DNA from: Alphaproteobacteria bacterium
Lineage (GTDB): Bacteria; Pseudomonadota; Alphaproteobacteria; UBA6615
Reading direction: 5' to 3'
NCBI GenBank assembly: GCA_965261975.1
Contig: CBDHEC010000057.1
Coordinates: 32,001 to 96,000, forward strand
DNA: 64,000 nt
Positions 11,978 to 34,569 of the stretch are shown here, in pieces. The position numbers were made by a program, and so were the translations under genes. Within the stretch, counting starts at the first letter, position 1. The number at the start of each line of letters is the position of its first letter. Under the pieces are notes generated by a model. The model was given only the letters and a program-made list of their open reading frames with translations, had not been told where the DNA came from and made no database searches.

Positions 11978-12670
11978 CTACCGAGCCGGCATTCCGCCCG
12001 ACTGCTGTTCCTCGATCCGACGATCTTGGGCCATCGGATCATGTTCCATGATGTCACCGCGATAGACCCAGACCTTCACGCCGCAAGCGCCGTAAGTGGT
12101 CTGCGCAGTCGCCGTGCCGTACTGCACATCTGCACGCAGGGTGTGCAGGGGCACACTGCCTTCGTGATACTGCTCGGTCCGAGCGATCTCGGCACCGCCG
12201 AGGCGACCGCCACACATCACACGCACGCCCAGCGCACCCAGGCGCATGGCGTTTTGCACAGCGCGCTTCATCGCCCGGCGAAAGCCGACACGACGCTCAA
12301 GCTGTTGCGCGATATTCTCGGCGACCAATGCCGCATCGATCTCGGGCTTGCGCACTTCGACGATATTGAGGCTGACCTCGGAACCGGTCATATGCGCGAT
12401 ATCGCTACGCAGCTTCTCGATGTCCGCACCCTTCTTGCCAATCACCACGCCCGGGCGAGCCGAATGAATGGTGATACGTGCCTTCTTGGCCGGCCGCTCA
12501 ATGATGATTCGGCTGACGCCGGCACGCGCGAGGCGCTTTTCGAGCACGCGACGCAGTTCCAGGTCCTCCATGAGGAGGCTGCCGTAAGCCTGCCCTTCGG
12601 CATACCACCTGGAATCCCAGGTCCGGTTGATGCCGAGACGAAGCCCGATCGGGTTGATTTTCTGACCCAT
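11978..12670 (-). CDS. rpsC: 30S ribosomal protein S3
   Basis: [31 protein letters not shown]; start trimmed. Confidence 0.99.
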   Translation of the reverse strand: MGQKINPIGLRLGINRTWDSRWYAEGQAYGSLLMEDLELRRVLEKRLARAGVSRIIIERPAKKARITIHSARPGVVIGKKGADIEKLRSDIAHMTGSEVSLNIVEVRKPEIDAALVAENIAQQLERRVGFRRAMKRAVQNAMRLGALGVRVMCGGRLGGAEIARTEQYHEGSVPLHTLRADVQYGTATAQTTYGACGVKVWVYRGDIMEHDPMAQDRRIEEQQSGGMPAR

Positions 12671-12672
12671 AC

Positions 12673-13050
12673 TTATGCCTCTCCCTGCTCGCGAACGACG
12701 AGCGTGATCTGGCTGAACGGTTTGTGAATTCGCGCAACACGTCCACGCGCACGTGCACGCCAACGTTTCATCACGAGCCCCTTGCCAACCGTAGCTTCGG
12801 CAACGACCAGGCGGTCGACGTCGAGCTGATGATTATTTTCCGCATTCGCGATCGCGCTTTCGAGGCCGGCCTTGACCGACTGCGCAATACGGCGACGTGA
12901 GAACTCGAGGTCCATAAGCGCGCGCTGGACAGGTTTGCCGCGAATTTGTGCGGCAACCAGGTTCAGCTTTTGCGGGCTGACACGCAGGTTCTTGATGACG
13001 GCGCGAGCCTCGGTATCGGCCAGGCTGCGCGGTGTGGCTTTCTTGCCCAT
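12673..13050 (-). CDS. rplV: 50S ribosomal protein L22
   Basis: [28 protein letters not shown]. Confidence 0.98.
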   Translation of the reverse strand: MGKKATPRSLADTEARAVIKNLRVSPQKLNLVAAQIRGKPVQRALMDLEFSRRRIAQSVKAGLESAIANAENNHQLDVDRLVVAEATVGKGLVMKRWRARARGRVARIHKPFSQITLVVREQGEA

Positions 13051-13052
13051 GA

Positions 13053-13331
13053 TTATCCCCGCCTCGACTTACGGTCGGCCGTATGCCCGAAGTAGGACCG
13101 GGTCGGCGAGAACTCGCCGAACTTCTGTCCCACCATGTTCTCGGTCACGAGAACCGGGATAAATTTCTGACCGTTATAGACACCGAACGTCAGACCGACG
13201 AACTGGGGCAGGATCGTGGAACGACGCGACCAGGTCTTGATCACATCGTTACGGCCTGACGCCCGCGCCGCCTCTGCCTTCTTAAGCAGATAGCTGTCGA
13301 CAAACGGACCTTTCCATACAGAACGCGCCAC
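13053..13331 (-). CDS. rpsS: 30S ribosomal protein S19
   Basis: [28 protein letters not shown]. Confidence 0.99.
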   Translation of the reverse strand: MARSVWKGPFVDSYLLKKAEAARASGRNDVIKTWSRRSTILPQFVGLTFGVYNGQKFIPVLVTENMVGQKFGEFSPTRSYFGHTADRKSRRG

Positions 13332-13343
13332 TGCCGTTCTCCT

Positions 13344-14168
13344 CTACTTCGCGCGCCGACGCAGGATCAACGAGTCGGTCTTCTTGTTAGACCGCGTACG
13401 CTTGCCCTTGGTCGGCTTGCCCCATGGCGTTACGGGATGACGGCCGCCGGACGTCCGGCCTTCGCCACCACCATGAGGATGATCGATCGGGTTCATGGCC
13501 ACGCCGCGAACGGACGGGCGCTTACCCAGCCAGCGTTTGCGGCCGGCTTTACCCAGCTTGATGTTGGACTGGTCCGGGTTCGACACCGCACCAATCGTTG
13601 CCATGCACTCCTGGCGGACCATGCGAACCTCGCCGGATGCGAGTTTCAGCAAACCGTAACCGCGATCACGGCCAACCAGCTGAACATAGGTTCCCGCCGC
13701 ACGTGCCATCTTGCCGCCGGCGCCAGCCTTGAGCTCAACATTGTGAATGATGGTGCCAATCGGAATGGAGCGCAGAGGCATTGCATTGCCCGGCTTCACA
13801 TCGGCGCGCTGTGCCGCAATGACCGTGTCACCCACGTTCAAACGCTGAGGCGCCAGGATGTAGCTCTTCTCGCCATCTTCGTAGGCGATCAGCGCGATGA
13901 ATGCCGTGCGATTGGGGTCATACTCGATCCGCTCCACGGTCGCCGGCACATCATATTTGCGGCGCTTGAAATCGACATGTCGATACAGACGCTTATGCCC
14001 GCCGCCACGACGACGCGCGGTAATCCGACCGGTGTTGTTGCGGCCACCCTTCTTGCTCAGCCCTTCGGTAAGTGACTTTTCAGGGCCACCCTTCCAAAGC
14101 TCCGAACGATCAACGAGAACGAGTCCACGTTGTCCGGGAGTGATCGATTTGAACTGCTTTAGTGCCAT
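13344..14168 (-). CDS. rplB: 50S ribosomal protein L2
   Basis: [29 protein letters not shown]; start trimmed to MALKQF. Confidence 0.99.
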   Translation of the reverse strand: MALKQFKSITPGQRGLVLVDRSELWKGGPEKSLTEGLSKKGGRNNTGRITARRRGGGHKRLYRHVDFKRRKYDVPATVERIEYDPNRTAFIALIAYEDGEKSYILAPQRLNVGDTVIAAQRADVKPGNAMPLRSIPIGTIIHNVELKAGAGGKMARAAGTYVQLVGRDRGYGLLKLASGEVRMVRQECMATIGAVSNPDQSNIKLGKAGRKRWLGKRPSVRGVAMNPIDHPHGGGEGRTSGGRHPVTPWGKPTKGKRTRSNKKTDSLILRRRAK

Positions 14169-14178
14169 TTCGAAACCT

Positions 14179-14508
14179 CTAGACGCCGGCCGTGATATCG
14201 ATGGACTCGCCATCAGCAAGGCTCACGACCGCCTTCTTCACATCATTTCGTCGACCCGGCTGACCGCGCCAGCGTTTGGTCTTGCCCTTCTGCAGGATCG
14301 TGTTCACCGCCGTTACCTTGACGTTGAACAAACCTTCGACCGCAGCCCGAATCTCGGGCTTGGTCGCGTCCACAGGCACCCGGAACATCACCTGGTTATG
14401 CTCCGACACGAGGGTCGCTTTCTCGGTAATGATCGGCGAACGAACAAGTTCATACATCCGCTCATTCGAAACCTGGATCCGGCCGCGTGGCTTACGGTTC
14501 GAGCTCAT
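14179..14508 (-). CDS. rplW: 50S ribosomal protein L23
   Basis: [33 protein letters not shown]; ATG overlaps the rplD stop. Confidence 0.97.
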   Translation of the reverse strand: MSSNRKPRGRIQVSNERMYELVRSPIITEKATLVSEHNQVMFRVPVDATKPEIRAAVEGLFNVKVTAVNTILQKGKTKRWRGQPGRRNDVKKAVVSLADGESIDITAGV

Positions 14509-15125
14509 CGCAGGCGCTCCTGAAGCTGTTCGACAGCCTGGCGCGTCAGCACGAGCGTGTCGCGGCGAAGAATGTCGTAAACATTCGCACCGTGTTGAGG
14601 CAGCAGGTCGACGCCATGAATATTGCGCGCGGCCAGCTGGAAATTTCGATCGAGCTCGGCACCATCCACAATCAGTGCGGACGAAAGGCCAAGCGCCTTG
14701 AGCTGCGCGGCAATCGCCTTGGTCTTCGGCTCGGCGGCAATCGCTGCATCGAGGACGACCAGCTTGCCATCCGCATATTTGGACGACAGCGCGACTTTCA
14801 ATGCGAGCTTGCGAACCTTCTTGGGCAAGTCCATCGAATGGTCTCGCGGCTGCGGGCCGAACGTGGTCTGACCACCGCGCCAATGCCCGGCCTTGCGGTC
14901 ACCCGCACGTGCGCGGCCCGTGCCCTTCTGACGCCACGGCCGTGCCGTACTGCCATTGATCTCGCCGCGGGTCTTGGTCTTGTGCGTACCCTGACGGCGC
15001 TTGGCGAGCTGATAATTAACGGCACGCGCCAGCAAATCCTTGCGGACCGGCGCGCCAAAGATACCGTCGTCGAGATCGATCTCTCCGGCATCCTTGTTTT
15101 CAAGATTGACGACCTTGAGTTTCAT
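14505..15125 (-). CDS. rplD: 50S ribosomal protein L4
   Basis: [30 protein letters not shown]. Confidence 0.99.
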   Translation of the reverse strand: MKLKVVNLENKDAGEIDLDDGIFGAPVRKDLLARAVNYQLAKRRQGTHKTKTRGEINGSTARPWRQKGTGRARAGDRKAGHWRGGQTTFGPQPRDHSMDLPKKVRKLALKVALSSKYADGKLVVLDAAIAAEPKTKAIAAQLKALGLSSALIVDGAELDRNFQLAARNIHGVDLLPQHGANVYDILRRDTLVLTRQAVEQLQERLR

Positions 15126-15130
15126 GCGGG

Positions 15131-15955
15131 TCAGTCCTTCGAGTCCGGAGTGTCCGAAGCGGCTTCGTCGGCGCTATCGGCGTTGTCTTCAGCAGGCGTC
15201 TCCGCCGGTGCCGCGTCTTCGACGACATCCTCGACAGCCTCTTCTGCCGGTGCTGCATCTTCTGCGGCATCCTCGGCCGGTGCGTCGGCTGCAACCGTCG
15301 GATACGGCGCGTCGTCTGGAAGCGTCTTCTTGATTGCGTCGCGCACCAGGACATAGCCACCCTTGGAACCCGGCACTGCACCCTCTACGAGGATCAGGCC
15401 TTCTTCCGTGTCGGTGTTCACGATGCGGAGGTTCTGGGTTGTCACCCGGGTCGCGCCCATGTGTCCGGCCATCTTCTTACCCTTGAAGACCTTACCCGGA
15501 TCCTGACACTGCCCCGTGGAGCCGTGACTGCGATGCGAGATCGAAACACCGTGCGTGGCGCGAAGGCCGCCGAAATTATGGCGCTTAATCGCACCGGCAA
15601 AACCCTTACCAATGGAGGTGCCGGTAACATCGACAAACTGACCCGAGACGAAATGGTCCACGCTGATCCGGGAGCCGATGTCCAACAGCGCATCGTCGGA
15701 GACCCGGAATTCCGAGACCCTGCGCCGCGGCTCGACCTTCGCCTTGGCGAAATGGCCTCGCATGGCCTTGCCGACGCGCTTGGGTTTCGCGTTGCCGGTA
15801 CCGACCTGAAGGGCCGTGTATCCGTCGCGTTCCATGGTGCGTTGATCAACGACGTCGCAGCCGTCGACCTTCAAAACCGTGACCGGGACATGATTGCCGC
15901 CGTCGTCGAAGACGCGGGTCATACCCAGTTTCTGTGCAATGATGCCGGTACGCAT
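15131..15955 (-). CDS. rplC: 50S ribosomal protein L3 (long acidic C-terminal tail)
   Basis: [45 protein letters not shown]. Confidence 0.99.
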   Translation of the reverse strand: MRTGIIAQKLGMTRVFDDGGNHVPVTVLKVDGCDVVDQRTMERDGYTALQVGTGNAKPKRVGKAMRGHFAKAKVEPRRRVSEFRVSDDALLDIGSRISVDHFVSGQFVDVTGTSIGKGFAGAIKRHNFGGLRATHGVSISHRSHGSTGQCQDPGKVFKGKKMAGHMGATRVTTQNLRIVNTDTEEGLILVEGAVPGSKGGYVLVRDAIKKTLPDDAPYPTVAADAPAEDAAEDAAPAEEAVEDVVEDAAPAETPAEDNADSADEAASDTPDSKD

Positions 15956-15964
15956 CTCGGCCCC

Positions 15965-16273
15965 TTAAAGCTTGATTTCCACGTCGACACCCGCCGCCAG
16001 GTCGAGCTTCATAAGCGCGTCAACCGTCTGTGGCGTCGGATCGATAATGTCGAGCAGACGTTTGTGGGTACGAATCTCGAACTGCTCGCGCGCCTTCTTA
16101 TTGACGTGCGGCGACCGAAGAACCGTAAATTTCTCAATTCGTGTCGGCAAAGGGATGGGACCCCGAACCTCTGCACCGGTCCGCTTGGCCGTACCAACGA
16201 TCTCGCTCGCCGACTGGTCGAGCACGCGATGATCAAAGGCCTTAAGCCGGATCCGTATATGTTGACTGTCCAT
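15965..16273 (-). CDS. rpsJ: 30S ribosomal protein S10
   Basis: [28 protein letters not shown]. Confidence 0.99.
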   Translation of the reverse strand: MDSQHIRIRLKAFDHRVLDQSASEIVGTAKRTGAEVRGPIPLPTRIEKFTVLRSPHVNKKAREQFEIRTHKRLLDIIDPTPQTVDALMKLDLAAGVDVEIKL

Positions 16274-16292
16274 TTCGGTGTCCCGTTAAAAC

Positions 16293-16322
16293 GATCGGCG
16301 ATTTCCGAAGAAACCGCCGATC
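16293..16322 (-). other. Stem-loop between tuf and rpsJ
   Basis: GATCGGCG...CGCCGATC inverted repeat; possible terminator or processing site. Confidence 0.5.
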
Positions 16323-16332
16323 CGTTGTATGC

Positions 16333-17523
<1,191 letters not shown>

Positions 17524-17587
17524 CACTCAGTCTCCGTCTGATACCGGCGCCCTAAATCTGCGGCGGCAAATAATTCATACTTCGGCG

Positions 17588-19669
17588 TTAGGCCATCTTC
17601 GAGACGACTTCGTCCGCAACTGCCTGCGGAACCTGCTCGTAGTGGTTGAACACCATGGTGAAGGTCGCGCGGCCCTGACTCATGGACCGCAGCGTGTTGA
17701 CATAACCGAACATGTTGGCGAGCGGGACCATGGCGCTTACGACACGTGCGTTGCCGCGCGAGTCCATCGAACCAACCTGGCCGCGCCGGCTGTTCAAATC
17801 GCCAATGATGTCGCCCATATATTCTTCCGGGGTGACAACCTCGACGCTCATGACCGGCTCAAGCAAACGCGTCGAACCCTTTTCGAGGGCCTCACGGAAC
17901 GCCGCCCGTGCCGCGATCTCGAACGCCATGACCGACGAGTCAACATCATGCGATGCGCCGTCGACCAGCTTGGCGCTGAAATCGATGACCGGGAAACCGG
18001 CAATATTGCCCGCCTCAAGCGCCGTCTTCAGACCCTTCTCGACACCGGGGATGAATTCCCGCGGCACCGCGCCACCGAAAATCGCGCTCTCGAACTCGAA
18101 GCCCGATCCGGCCTCAAGCGGCTCGAAATCGATCTTCACGCGCGCAAACTGGCCCGAACCGCCGGTCTGCTTCTTATGGGTGTAATCGATCGTGACCGGC
18201 TTGGTGATCTTCTCACGATAGGCCACCTGCGGCGCGCCGACATTGGCCTCGACCTTGAATTCGCGCTTCATGCGATCGACGAGAATCTCGAGATGCAGTT
18301 CGCCCATACCCTTGAGGATGGTCTGACCACTCTCTTCGTCACTCGACACACGGAAGGAAGGATCTTCCTGGGCCAGACGCTGAAGCGCCGTCGCCATTTT
18401 TTCCTGATCCGCTTTCGTCTTCGGCTCAACCGCGATCTCGATAACCGGATCGGGGAACTCCATACGCTCGAGGATGACCGGATCGGCGGAATCACAAAGC
18501 GTGTCACCGGTCGTGGTGTTCTTCATGCCCGCAAGCGCGACAATGTCACCGGCACGGGCAACTTTGAGATCTTCGCGATCATTGGCGTGCATCAGCAACA
18601 TGCGGCCGACACGCTCGCGATTATCCTTAACTGTGTTCAGCACCGACGAACCCGCCTCGACACTGCCCGAATAAATACGCGCAAATGTAAGGGATCCGAC
18701 GAACGGATCGGTCATGATCTTGAATGCCAGCGCGGAGAACGGCGCATCATCCGACGGCTCTCGCACGAGCGAATCTTCGGTACCCGGGACAACACCCGAG
18801 ATCGCCGGCACATCGAGTGGCGACGGCAGATAATCAACCACCGCGTCGAGCAACGGCTGCACGCCCTTGTTCTTGAAGGCCGAACCGCAAAGAACCGGCA
18901 CCGCGGACAAGGTGAGCGTGGCCTTGCGAATGCAGGCCTTGAGGGTCTCCTCGTCAGGCTCCGTGCCCTCGAGATAAGCCTCCATCGCATCGTCGTCATG
19001 CTCGACGGCGGACTCGACCAGCTTCTCGCGCCACTCGGCGGCCGCATCAGCCATCTCGGCGGGAATATCGACATACTCGAACTCGGCGCCGAGATTCTCG
19101 TCCTTCCAGACGATACCCTGCATCTTCACCAGGTCGACCACACCGCGAAGCTCAGCCTCCGAGCCGATCGGCAGCTGCAGAACGATCGGATTGGCGCCGA
19201 GGCGATCAACGATCATATCCACGCAGTTATCGAAATTGGCACCGATCCGGTCCATCTTGTTGATGAAGCAGATGCGCGGAACTTCGTACTTGTCGGCCTG
19301 ACGCCAGACCGTCTCGGACTGCGGCTCAACGCCGGCGACACTGTCAAACACGGCAACCGCGCCATCGAGGACGCGCAAGGCGCGCTCGACTTCGATCGTG
19401 AAGTCCACATGGCCCGGCGTATCAATGATGTTGATGCGGTGGTCGTTCCAGAAAGCGGTCGTCGCAGCGGACGTAATGGTAATGCCGCGCTCCTGCTCCT
19501 GCTCCATCCAATCCATCGTCGCGGCGCCGTCATGGACCTCGCCGATCTTGTACGAACGCCCCGTGTAATAGAGGACACGCTCGGTTGTGGTCGTCTTGCC
19601 GGCGTCGATATGCGCCATGATACCGATATTCCGGTAGCGCTCGATCGGGGTTTCACGATTGGAGGACAT
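17588..19669 (-). CDS. fusA: Elongation factor G
   Basis: [32 protein letters not shown]. Confidence 0.99.
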   Translation of the reverse strand: MSSNRETPIERYRNIGIMAHIDAGKTTTTERVLYYTGRSYKIGEVHDGAATMDWMEQEQERGITITSAATTAFWNDHRINIIDTPGHVDFTIEVERALRVLDGAVAVFDSVAGVEPQSETVWRQADKYEVPRICFINKMDRIGANFDNCVDMIVDRLGANPIVLQLPIGSEAELRGVVDLVKMQGIVWKDENLGAEFEYVDIPAEMADAAAEWREKLVESAVEHDDDAMEAYLEGTEPDEETLKACIRKATLTLSAVPVLCGSAFKNKGVQPLLDAVVDYLPSPLDVPAISGVVPGTEDSLVREPSDDAPFSALAFKIMTDPFVGSLTFARIYSGSVEAGSSVLNTVKDNRERVGRMLLMHANDREDLKVARAGDIVALAGMKNTTTGDTLCDSADPVILERMEFPDPVIEIAVEPKTKADQEKMATALQRLAQEDPSFRVSSDEESGQTILKGMGELHLEILVDRMKREFKVEANVGAPQVAYREKITKPVTIDYTHKKQTGGSGQFARVKIDFEPLEAGSGFEFESAIFGGAVPREFIPGVEKGLKTALEAGNIAGFPVIDFSAKLVDGASHDVDSSVMAFEIAARAAFREALEKGSTRLLEPVMSVEVVTPEEYMGDIIGDLNSRRGQVGSMDSRGNARVVSAMVPLANMFGYVNTLRSMSQGRATFTMVFNHYEQVPQAVADEVVSKMA

Positions 19670-19704
19670 ATCTGGATTCTCTCGTTCGGTAATTCGCTAG
19701 ACGG

Positions 19705-20175
19705 CTACCAGCGGTAATGGGAGAAGGCCTTGTTGGCCTCTGCCATCCGATGGGTGTCTTCGCGCTTTTTCACCGCGTTTCCACGATTTTCGGCCGCGTC
19801 TTGCAACTCGCGCGACAAGCGCTCTTCCATGGTGTTTTCCGGCCGCCCGCGTGCCGCCTGGATCAGCCAGCGAAAGGCCAGCGCCTGGGCGCGTTCGGAA
19901 CGAACCTCAACCGGCACCTGATAGGTGGCACCGCCAACACGCCGCGAGCGAACTTCGAGCTGCGGCTTGATGTTTTCGAGCGCCTCGTGGAACGTGCGGA
20001 CAGGATCGCTGCCGCGCTTGGAGGCGATATCGTCGAGGGCGGCGTATACAATGCGCTCGGCGATCGACTTCTTGCCATCCAGCATGACGCTGTTGGTGAA
20101 TTTGCTGACAACCAGATCACCGAATTTGGGATCGGGAAGGATTTCTCGTTTTTCTGCGCGGCGACGGCGGGACAT
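19705..20175 (-). CDS. rpsG: 30S ribosomal protein S7
   Basis: [29 protein letters not shown]. Confidence 0.99.
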   Translation of the reverse strand: MSRRRRAEKREILPDPKFGDLVVSKFTNSVMLDGKKSIAERIVYAALDDIASKRGSDPVRTFHEALENIKPQLEVRSRRVGGATYQVPVEVRSERAQALAFRWLIQAARGRPENTMEERLSRELQDAAENRGNAVKKREDTHRMAEANKAFSHYRW

Positions 20176-20190
20176 ATATCTGGACCTTGC

Positions 20191-20562
20191 TTACTTGGGC
20201 CGCTTGGCGCCGTACTTCGAACGACGCTGACGGCGGTCAGAAACACCCTGGGTATCCAGAGTGCCGCGGATGATGTGATAGCGAACACCGGGAAGATCCT
20301 TGACGCGACCGCCACGGATCATAACGACCGAATGCTCCTGAAGATTATGGCCCTCACCGGGAATGTAGCTCGTCACTTCGAACCCGTTGGTCAAGCGCAC
20401 GCGCGCGACCTTTCGCAGGGCCGAGTTCGGCTTCTTCGGTGTGGTTGTATAGACTCGCGTGCAGACGCCACGCTTCTGCGGGCAAGCCTCCAGGGCGGGA
20501 ACTTTGTTCCGCTTGATCGGTGCCTTGCGTGGCTTGCGGATCAACTGATTGATCGTCGGCAT
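20191..20562 (-). CDS. rpsL: 30S ribosomal protein S12
   Basis: [20 protein letters not shown]. Confidence 0.99.
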   Translation of the reverse strand: MPTINQLIRKPRKAPIKRNKVPALEACPQKRGVCTRVYTTTPKKPNSALRKVARVRLTNGFEVTSYIPGEGHNLQEHSVVMIRGGRVKDLPGVRYHIIRGTLDTQGVSDRRQRRSKYGAKRPK

Positions 20563-20750
20563 GTGGCTTCCTTGGTTCTTCCCGTTACGTTTTCGTCAAC
20601 CGTCTGCACAAAGCAAACTCGGGACAGAAAACGTTTCTGTCCCTGCGAGCAATTTTCGCTAGCTCGTAAGCGTTCGCGCATATGGTTCGTGTTGCCAGGG
20701 GCAGTGTTTAGACTGCGCAGGTCTACGACCGGCCCCGATCAGGCGCGCGG

Positions 20751-20779
20751 ATACTACTTACGAGCCCTATGGGCGTCAA
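20751..20779 (-). promoter_or_regulatory. Sigma70-type promoter of the str operon
   Basis: TTGACG-17 nt-TAGTAT on the - strand ~190 nt upstream of rpsL. Confidence 0.75.
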
Positions 20780-20904
20780 CACCGAAAAACCATAAAAATC
20801 GGGCAGTTGCGGGCGATCTCTGCGTTCGCCCACAGCGCAATTATTGGACAGCAACCATGCCCTTTTTCGCAATATTATTACCGAAAAAGGCGCGTCCTCT
20901 AACG

Positions 20905-20939
20905 AAACGCGCCGCCCCGAAATAATCCGGGGCGGCGCG
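20905..20939 (-). terminator. Terminator after rpoC
   Basis: CGCGCCGCCCCG-loop-CGGGGCGGCGCG 12-bp stem followed by TTTCGTT on the - strand. Confidence 0.75.
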
Positions 20940-20965
20940 CCAGTTTCAGACTGTCAGAGGCGGCA

Positions 20966-29547
<8,582 letters not shown>

Positions 29548-29634
29548 TAACTGCCTCTCTTCGTTGTCGTGAACATATGCACACGACCAATCGGGCCATT
29601 CCAATTCGACTGACGGACCTGGGCTTACGCCCTT

Positions 29635-29728
29635 CCGGCATCGTCGCATCGTCGCCGACCGCAAACCCGTGCGGCCTTCGGCGATCCGAGGATGCCGGCG
29701 ACGACGAGGATTGCCCCCGACGTCGCCG
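29635..29728 (-). promoter_or_regulatory. Long stem-loops in the rplL-rpoB intergenic region (attenuator or processing-like)
   Basis: Nested complementarity CCGGCATC/GATGCCGG, TCGCCGA/TCGGCGA and CCGCA/TGCGG, plus a GGCGACG/CGTCGCC hairpin. Confidence 0.55.
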
Positions 29729-29745
29729 AATCCATTGCTGGCGAG

Positions 29746-30123
29746 CTACTTGAGCTCGACGGTCGCGCCCGCTTCTTCCAGCTTGCCCTTCAGCTCATCG
29801 GCCTCTTCCTTGGTCACGCCTTCCTTAACCGGCTTCGGCGCACCCTCGACGAGGTCCTTGGCTTCTTTCAGGCCCAGACCAGTAATCGTCCGGACCTCTT
29901 TGATCACATTGATCTTCTTGTCGCCTGCCGCTGCGAGGATGACGTCAAACTCCGTCTGCTCCTCGCCGGCACCGCCAGCGTCGCCGGCCGGCGCACCCGC
30001 AGCCACCGCAACCGGTGCGGCGGCGCTGACGCCCCATTTTTCCTCGAGCATCTTCGACAATTCGGCGGCCTCGAGAACGGTGAGAGCGCTGAGATCCTCT
30101 GCGATTTTTTCAATATCTGCCAT
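29746..30123 (-). CDS. rplL: 50S ribosomal protein L7/L12
   Basis: [30 protein letters not shown]. Confidence 0.99.
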   Translation of the reverse strand: MADIEKIAEDLSALTVLEAAELSKMLEEKWGVSAAAPVAVAAGAPAGDAGGAGEEQTEFDVILAAAGDKKINVIKEVRTITGLGLKEAKDLVEGAPKPVKEGVTKEEADELKGKLEEAGATVELK

Positions 30124-30178
30124 TTTAATTTACTCCTGAGACTTTGAGAGACTTTTGTTTTCGAAATTTCAGACCGGC

Positions 30179-30697
30179 CTATGCAGCCTCGTCCTGACTT
30201 GCGTATGCACCCATGACACGTGCCATTTGTCCGGCGGGTGCCTGAAGCACACCGGCGACCTTGGTCGCAGGCGCGTTCAACAAGCCCACCAGCTTGCCGC
30301 GCAGCTCGTCGAGCGAAGGAAGCGACGCCAATGCCTTAACGGCATTCTCATCGAGCAGGGTGTCGCCCATGGCGCCCCCGACAACGGTGAGTTTGTCATT
30401 TTCCTTCGCGAAGTTGACTGCCACACGTGCCGCCGCCACTGGGTCGGCGGAATACGCAATCGCGGTCGGCCCGGAGAACAGATCGGTGATCGGTTCATAG
30501 GGCGTTCCCGCCAGGGCGAGTTTTGCGAGCCTGTTCTTCGTCACTTTGTAGCCGGCACCTGCCTCACGCATCTGGGACCGGAGTTCTGAACTCTCCGATA
30601 CCGTAAGCCCGGTCTGTTGCGTCACCACGACGAGCGCGGCCTCCGCAAAAGACTGGTTGAGTTCGGTGACCAGCTCTTCTTTTCTAGCTCGGTCCAC
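30179..30697 (-). CDS. rplJ: 50S ribosomal protein L10
   Basis: YKVTKNRLAKLA, GPTAIA, LPSLDELRGKL. Confidence 0.98.
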   Translation of the reverse strand: MDRARKEELVTELNQSFAEAALVVVTQQTGLTVSESSELRSQMREAGAGYKVTKNRLAKLALAGTPYEPITDLFSGPTAIAYSADPVAAARVAVNFAKENDKLTVVGGAMGDTLLDENAVKALASLPSLDELRGKLVGLLNAPATKVAGVLQAPAGQMARVMGAYASQDEAA

Positions 30698-30840
30698 TTA
30701 CCGTCTCCGCAAACTTGGCGCGAGCCGAACGGATCGACTTACCGCACCGTTGCAATTTGGCCTCGGCCCACAACGAACCGAAACCGCTCCTAACCTGTCC
30801 CAGGAGCGATACGAACGGCCACTTGCCCGTTCGCCTTCTC

Positions 30841-30912
30841 CCGTCTATGCCGGCCGCTGTTTCCAGCACTTAGGTCCGCCGGGTGAAACCCTTTGGACGC
30901 CTGCAGTCTCGG
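30841..30912 (-). promoter_or_regulatory. L10(L12)4 autoregulatory leader upstream of rplJ
   Basis: - strand CCGAGACUGCAGG...CUAAG...CCGGCAUAGACGG, matching the L10-leader kink-turn-type core in its expected position. Confidence 0.75.
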
Positions 30913-30962
30913 ACAGTATTCCCGCCCCGGATGACACCGGCCGCGGAAACTCCACTGACGAC

Positions 30963-31679
30963 CTATTCGGCCGCTTCCTGCGACGAACTACCAATGTCCG
31001 CCACGTCGAAACGCACACCCGGCCCCATGGTCGAGGTAAGCGCCACTTTGTTCACATATGAGCCTTTCACGCCGCTCGGCTTGGCCCGCAAGATGGCATC
31101 CAGGAAAGCATCGAGATTCTGACGAATCTGCTCCTCGCTGAAGCTCGCCTTACCGATGCCGGCATGCACGATCCCGGTCTTCTCGACCCGGAACTGCACC
31201 TCGCCCGACTTCGCATTCGAGACCGCTTCGGTCACGTCATTTGTCACCGAGCCCAGCTTCGGGTTCGGCATCAAGCCGCGCGGCCCGAGCACCTTTCCGA
31301 GCCGACCGACGACGGGCATCATGTCCGGCGTTGCGATCACGCGATCGAACTCGATCTCGCCATTCTGAACCTTCTCCGCCAGATCATCGGCACCGACCAC
31401 GTCGGCACCGGCGGCGAGGGCCTCTTCGGCCTTCTCATCCTTGGCGAACACGGCAATCCGCACCTCTTTACCCGTGCCGTTCGGCAGCGCAACAACACCG
31501 CGCACATTCTGGTCGGCATGGCGTGGGTCGACGTTCAGGTTCAGCGAAATCTCGATCGTCTCGTCGAATTTCGCGGTGGCATTCTCTTTCACCAACCGCA
31601 CCGCCTCGCCGATCGCCACCTTGTTGTCGGGATCGACCTTCTCACGCGCCGCGCGGATACGCTTTCCAGGTTTAGCCAT
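30963..31679 (-). CDS. rplA: 50S ribosomal protein L1
   Basis: [28 protein letters not shown]. Confidence 0.99.
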   Translation of the reverse strand: MAKPGKRIRAAREKVDPDNKVAIGEAVRLVKENATAKFDETIEISLNLNVDPRHADQNVRGVVALPNGTGKEVRIAVFAKDEKAEEALAAGADVVGADDLAEKVQNGEIEFDRVIATPDMMPVVGRLGKVLGPRGLMPNPKLGSVTNDVTEAVSNAKSGEVQFRVEKTGIVHAGIGKASFSEEQIRQNLDAFLDAILRAKPSGVKGSYVNKVALTSTMGPGVRFDVADIGSSSQEAAE

Positions 31680-31681
31680 CG

Positions 31682-32110
31682 TTACCCTACCACTTCCAGG
31701 CCCATCGACCGGGCCGTGCCTTTGATCATCTCCGCCGCGGCATCGATATCATTGGCGTTCAAATCAACCATCTTCGCTTCCGCGATCTCTCGGCACTGTG
31801 CATCCGTGACGCGGCCGACGAGGTCACGCCCCGTGGTGCCGCTGCCCTTCTGAACCCGCGCAGCCTTCTTGAGGAAGTAGCTGGCCGGCGGCGTCTTGGT
31901 CACAAAAGTGAACGACTTGTCCTGGTACACGGTAATGATGACCGGGGTGGGTACACCCTGATCGCCGTTCTGCGTCGCCGCGTTGAACGCCTTGCAGAAC
32001 TCCATAATGTTCAACCCGGCCTGGCCGAGCGCCGGCCCGACGGGCGGCGACGGATTGGCCTGTCCGGCCGGGATTTCTAGTTTGACGTAACCGTCAATTT
32101 TCTTCGCCAT
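31682..32110 (-). CDS. rplK: 50S ribosomal protein L11
   Basis: [30 protein letters not shown]. Confidence 0.99.
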   Translation of the reverse strand: MAKKIDGYVKLEIPAGQANPSPPVGPALGQAGLNIMEFCKAFNAATQNGDQGVPTPVIITVYQDKSFTFVTKTPPASYFLKKAARVQKGSGTTGRDLVGRVTDAQCREIAEAKMVDLNANDIDAAAEMIKGTARSMGLEVVG

Positions 32111-32139
32111 GATTTAGACCTCATGTCCTTTCGAGGTTT

Positions 32140-32182
32140 CGCGGTACGGCGCCCCAAGGGCTTATGGAGCCAACCTCCCGCG
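32140..32182 (-). promoter_or_regulatory. L1-binding leader upstream of rplK
   Basis: - strand CGCGGGAGG...CCGUACCGCG stem with the asymmetric GGGAG internal loop typical of L1 operator sites. Confidence 0.65.
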
Positions 32183-32214
32183 CACCGCCTTGCGACGGCC
32201 AACAAACGTTCAGG

Positions 32215-32745
32215 CTATAGTTTTTCGACCTGACCGTATTCCAACTCAACCGGCGTAGACCGGCCAAAAATCGAGACCGAGACCTTCAACCGCGCGCGTT
32301 CTTCGTCGACATCCTCGACCACGCCGTTGAACGACTGGAACGGGCCGTCATTGACCCGTACTTCCTCGCCGATATCGAAGGTGACAGACGGCTTCGGCCG
32401 CTCGACCCCTTCCTTGACCTGATGCAGGATCCGGTCGGCTTCGGCCTGACTGATCGGCGCCGGCTTGTTGCCCGCACCCAGAAATCCCGTCACCTTCGGA
32501 GTGTTCTTGACCAGATGATAGCTCTGCTCGTTCATATCCATGCGAACAAGCACATATCCGGGAAAGAACTTGCGCTCCGAATTGACTTTCGAGCCGCGGC
32601 GCATCTCGACCACTTCTTCGGTCGGGACCAGCACGTCTTCGAACATATCGTCCATGCCCTTGGTCACGGCCTGTTCCTTGATCGACTGCGCGACCTTGGA
32701 CTCGAAGCCGGAATAGGCGTGAACGACGAACCACTGCATGCCCAT
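32215..32745 (-). CDS. nusG: Transcription termination/antitermination factor NusG
   Basis: WFVVHAYSGFE, FFPGYVLV, KOW GPFQSFNG, IFGRSTPVEL. Confidence 0.99.
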   Translation of the reverse strand: MGMQWFVVHAYSGFESKVAQSIKEQAVTKGMDDMFEDVLVPTEEVVEMRRGSKVNSERKFFPGYVLVRMDMNEQSYHLVKNTPKVTGFLGAGNKPAPISQAEADRILHQVKEGVERPKPSVTFDIGEEVRVNDGPFQSFNGVVEDVDEERARLKVSVSIFGRSTPVELEYGQVEKL

Positions 32746-32752
32746 CAAACCA

Positions 32753-32950
32753 CTAACTCCCGACCGACAGGGCCAATTGAACGAGTTCCGCCAACACAAT
32801 GTCGACGAGGAAGAAGAACACAGCCGCAAAAGCCACCATGACAACGACCATCAGGGTCGACTGAATTGTTTCCGTGCGCGTCGGCCATGTGACCTTGCTC
32901 ACCTCTTGTCGAACCTGGCGTACAAACTCGCCAACCGATGGTTTTGCCAT
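32753..32950 (-). CDS. secE: Preprotein translocase subunit SecE
   Basis: EFVRQVRQEVSKVTWPTRTET plus a single TM segment. Confidence 0.96.
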   Translation of the reverse strand: MAKPSVGEFVRQVRQEVSKVTWPTRTETIQSTLMVVVMVAFAAVFFFLVDIVLAELVQLALSVGS

Positions 32951-33017
32951 TCGTTCCGCTTTCATCGCGTTACTGTTTCGCACCCGACACAAACACAGCC
33001 CGGACATTCCGGCTATT

Positions 33018-33093
33018 TGGCAGGAGTGGTAGGACTCGAACCTACAGCCCCCGGTTTTGGAGACCGGTGCTCTACCAATTGAGCTACACTCCT
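33018..33093 (-). tRNA. tRNA-Trp (CCA)
   Basis: AGGAGUGUAGCUCAAUUGGUAGAGCACCGGUCUCCAAAACCGG...GUUCGAGUCCUACCACUCCUGCCA; conserved position upstream of secE. Confidence 0.97.
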
Positions 33094-33120
33094 ATCCACC
33101 GAACGCACCGTTGCTCCGGT

Positions 33121-34311
<1,191 letters not shown>

Positions 34312-34419
34312 ATCTTTGCCCTGCGTTCTGTCAGTCGTTGTTCCGATCGATAGACCGGTGTCCAGATTATTGCTCCGGTCGGTTGCGCTGTATGGTCACG
34401 CGTTCTCCGACCAAACCCT

Positions 34420-34493
34420 TGGAGCGGGTGAGGGGAATCGAACCCCCGTCGTAAGCTTGGAAGGCTTCTGCTCTACCATTGAGCTACACCCGC
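34420..34493 (-). tRNA. tRNA-Gly (TCC)
   Basis: GCGGGUGUAGCUCAAUGGUAGAGCAGAAGCCUUCCAAGCUU...GUUCGAUUCCCCUCACCCGCUCCA. Confidence 0.97.
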
Positions 34494-34569
34494 CGAATTC
34501 GTTTGCGCCGTTCCAGTCCATTGCGAGGCATCGGCCTCGATAAATCCTATTCCTGTGCCGTGTTACGGA

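Noticed and set aside
15131-15300. Repeat-like DNA at the 3' end of rplC
   Set aside because: Encodes the low-complexity acidic tail; no fixed repeat-spacer period, so not CRISPR or VNTR.
2277-16273. Absence of rpsD, rpmJ and infA from the spc/alpha cluster
   Set aside because: Normal arrangement in Alphaproteobacteria.
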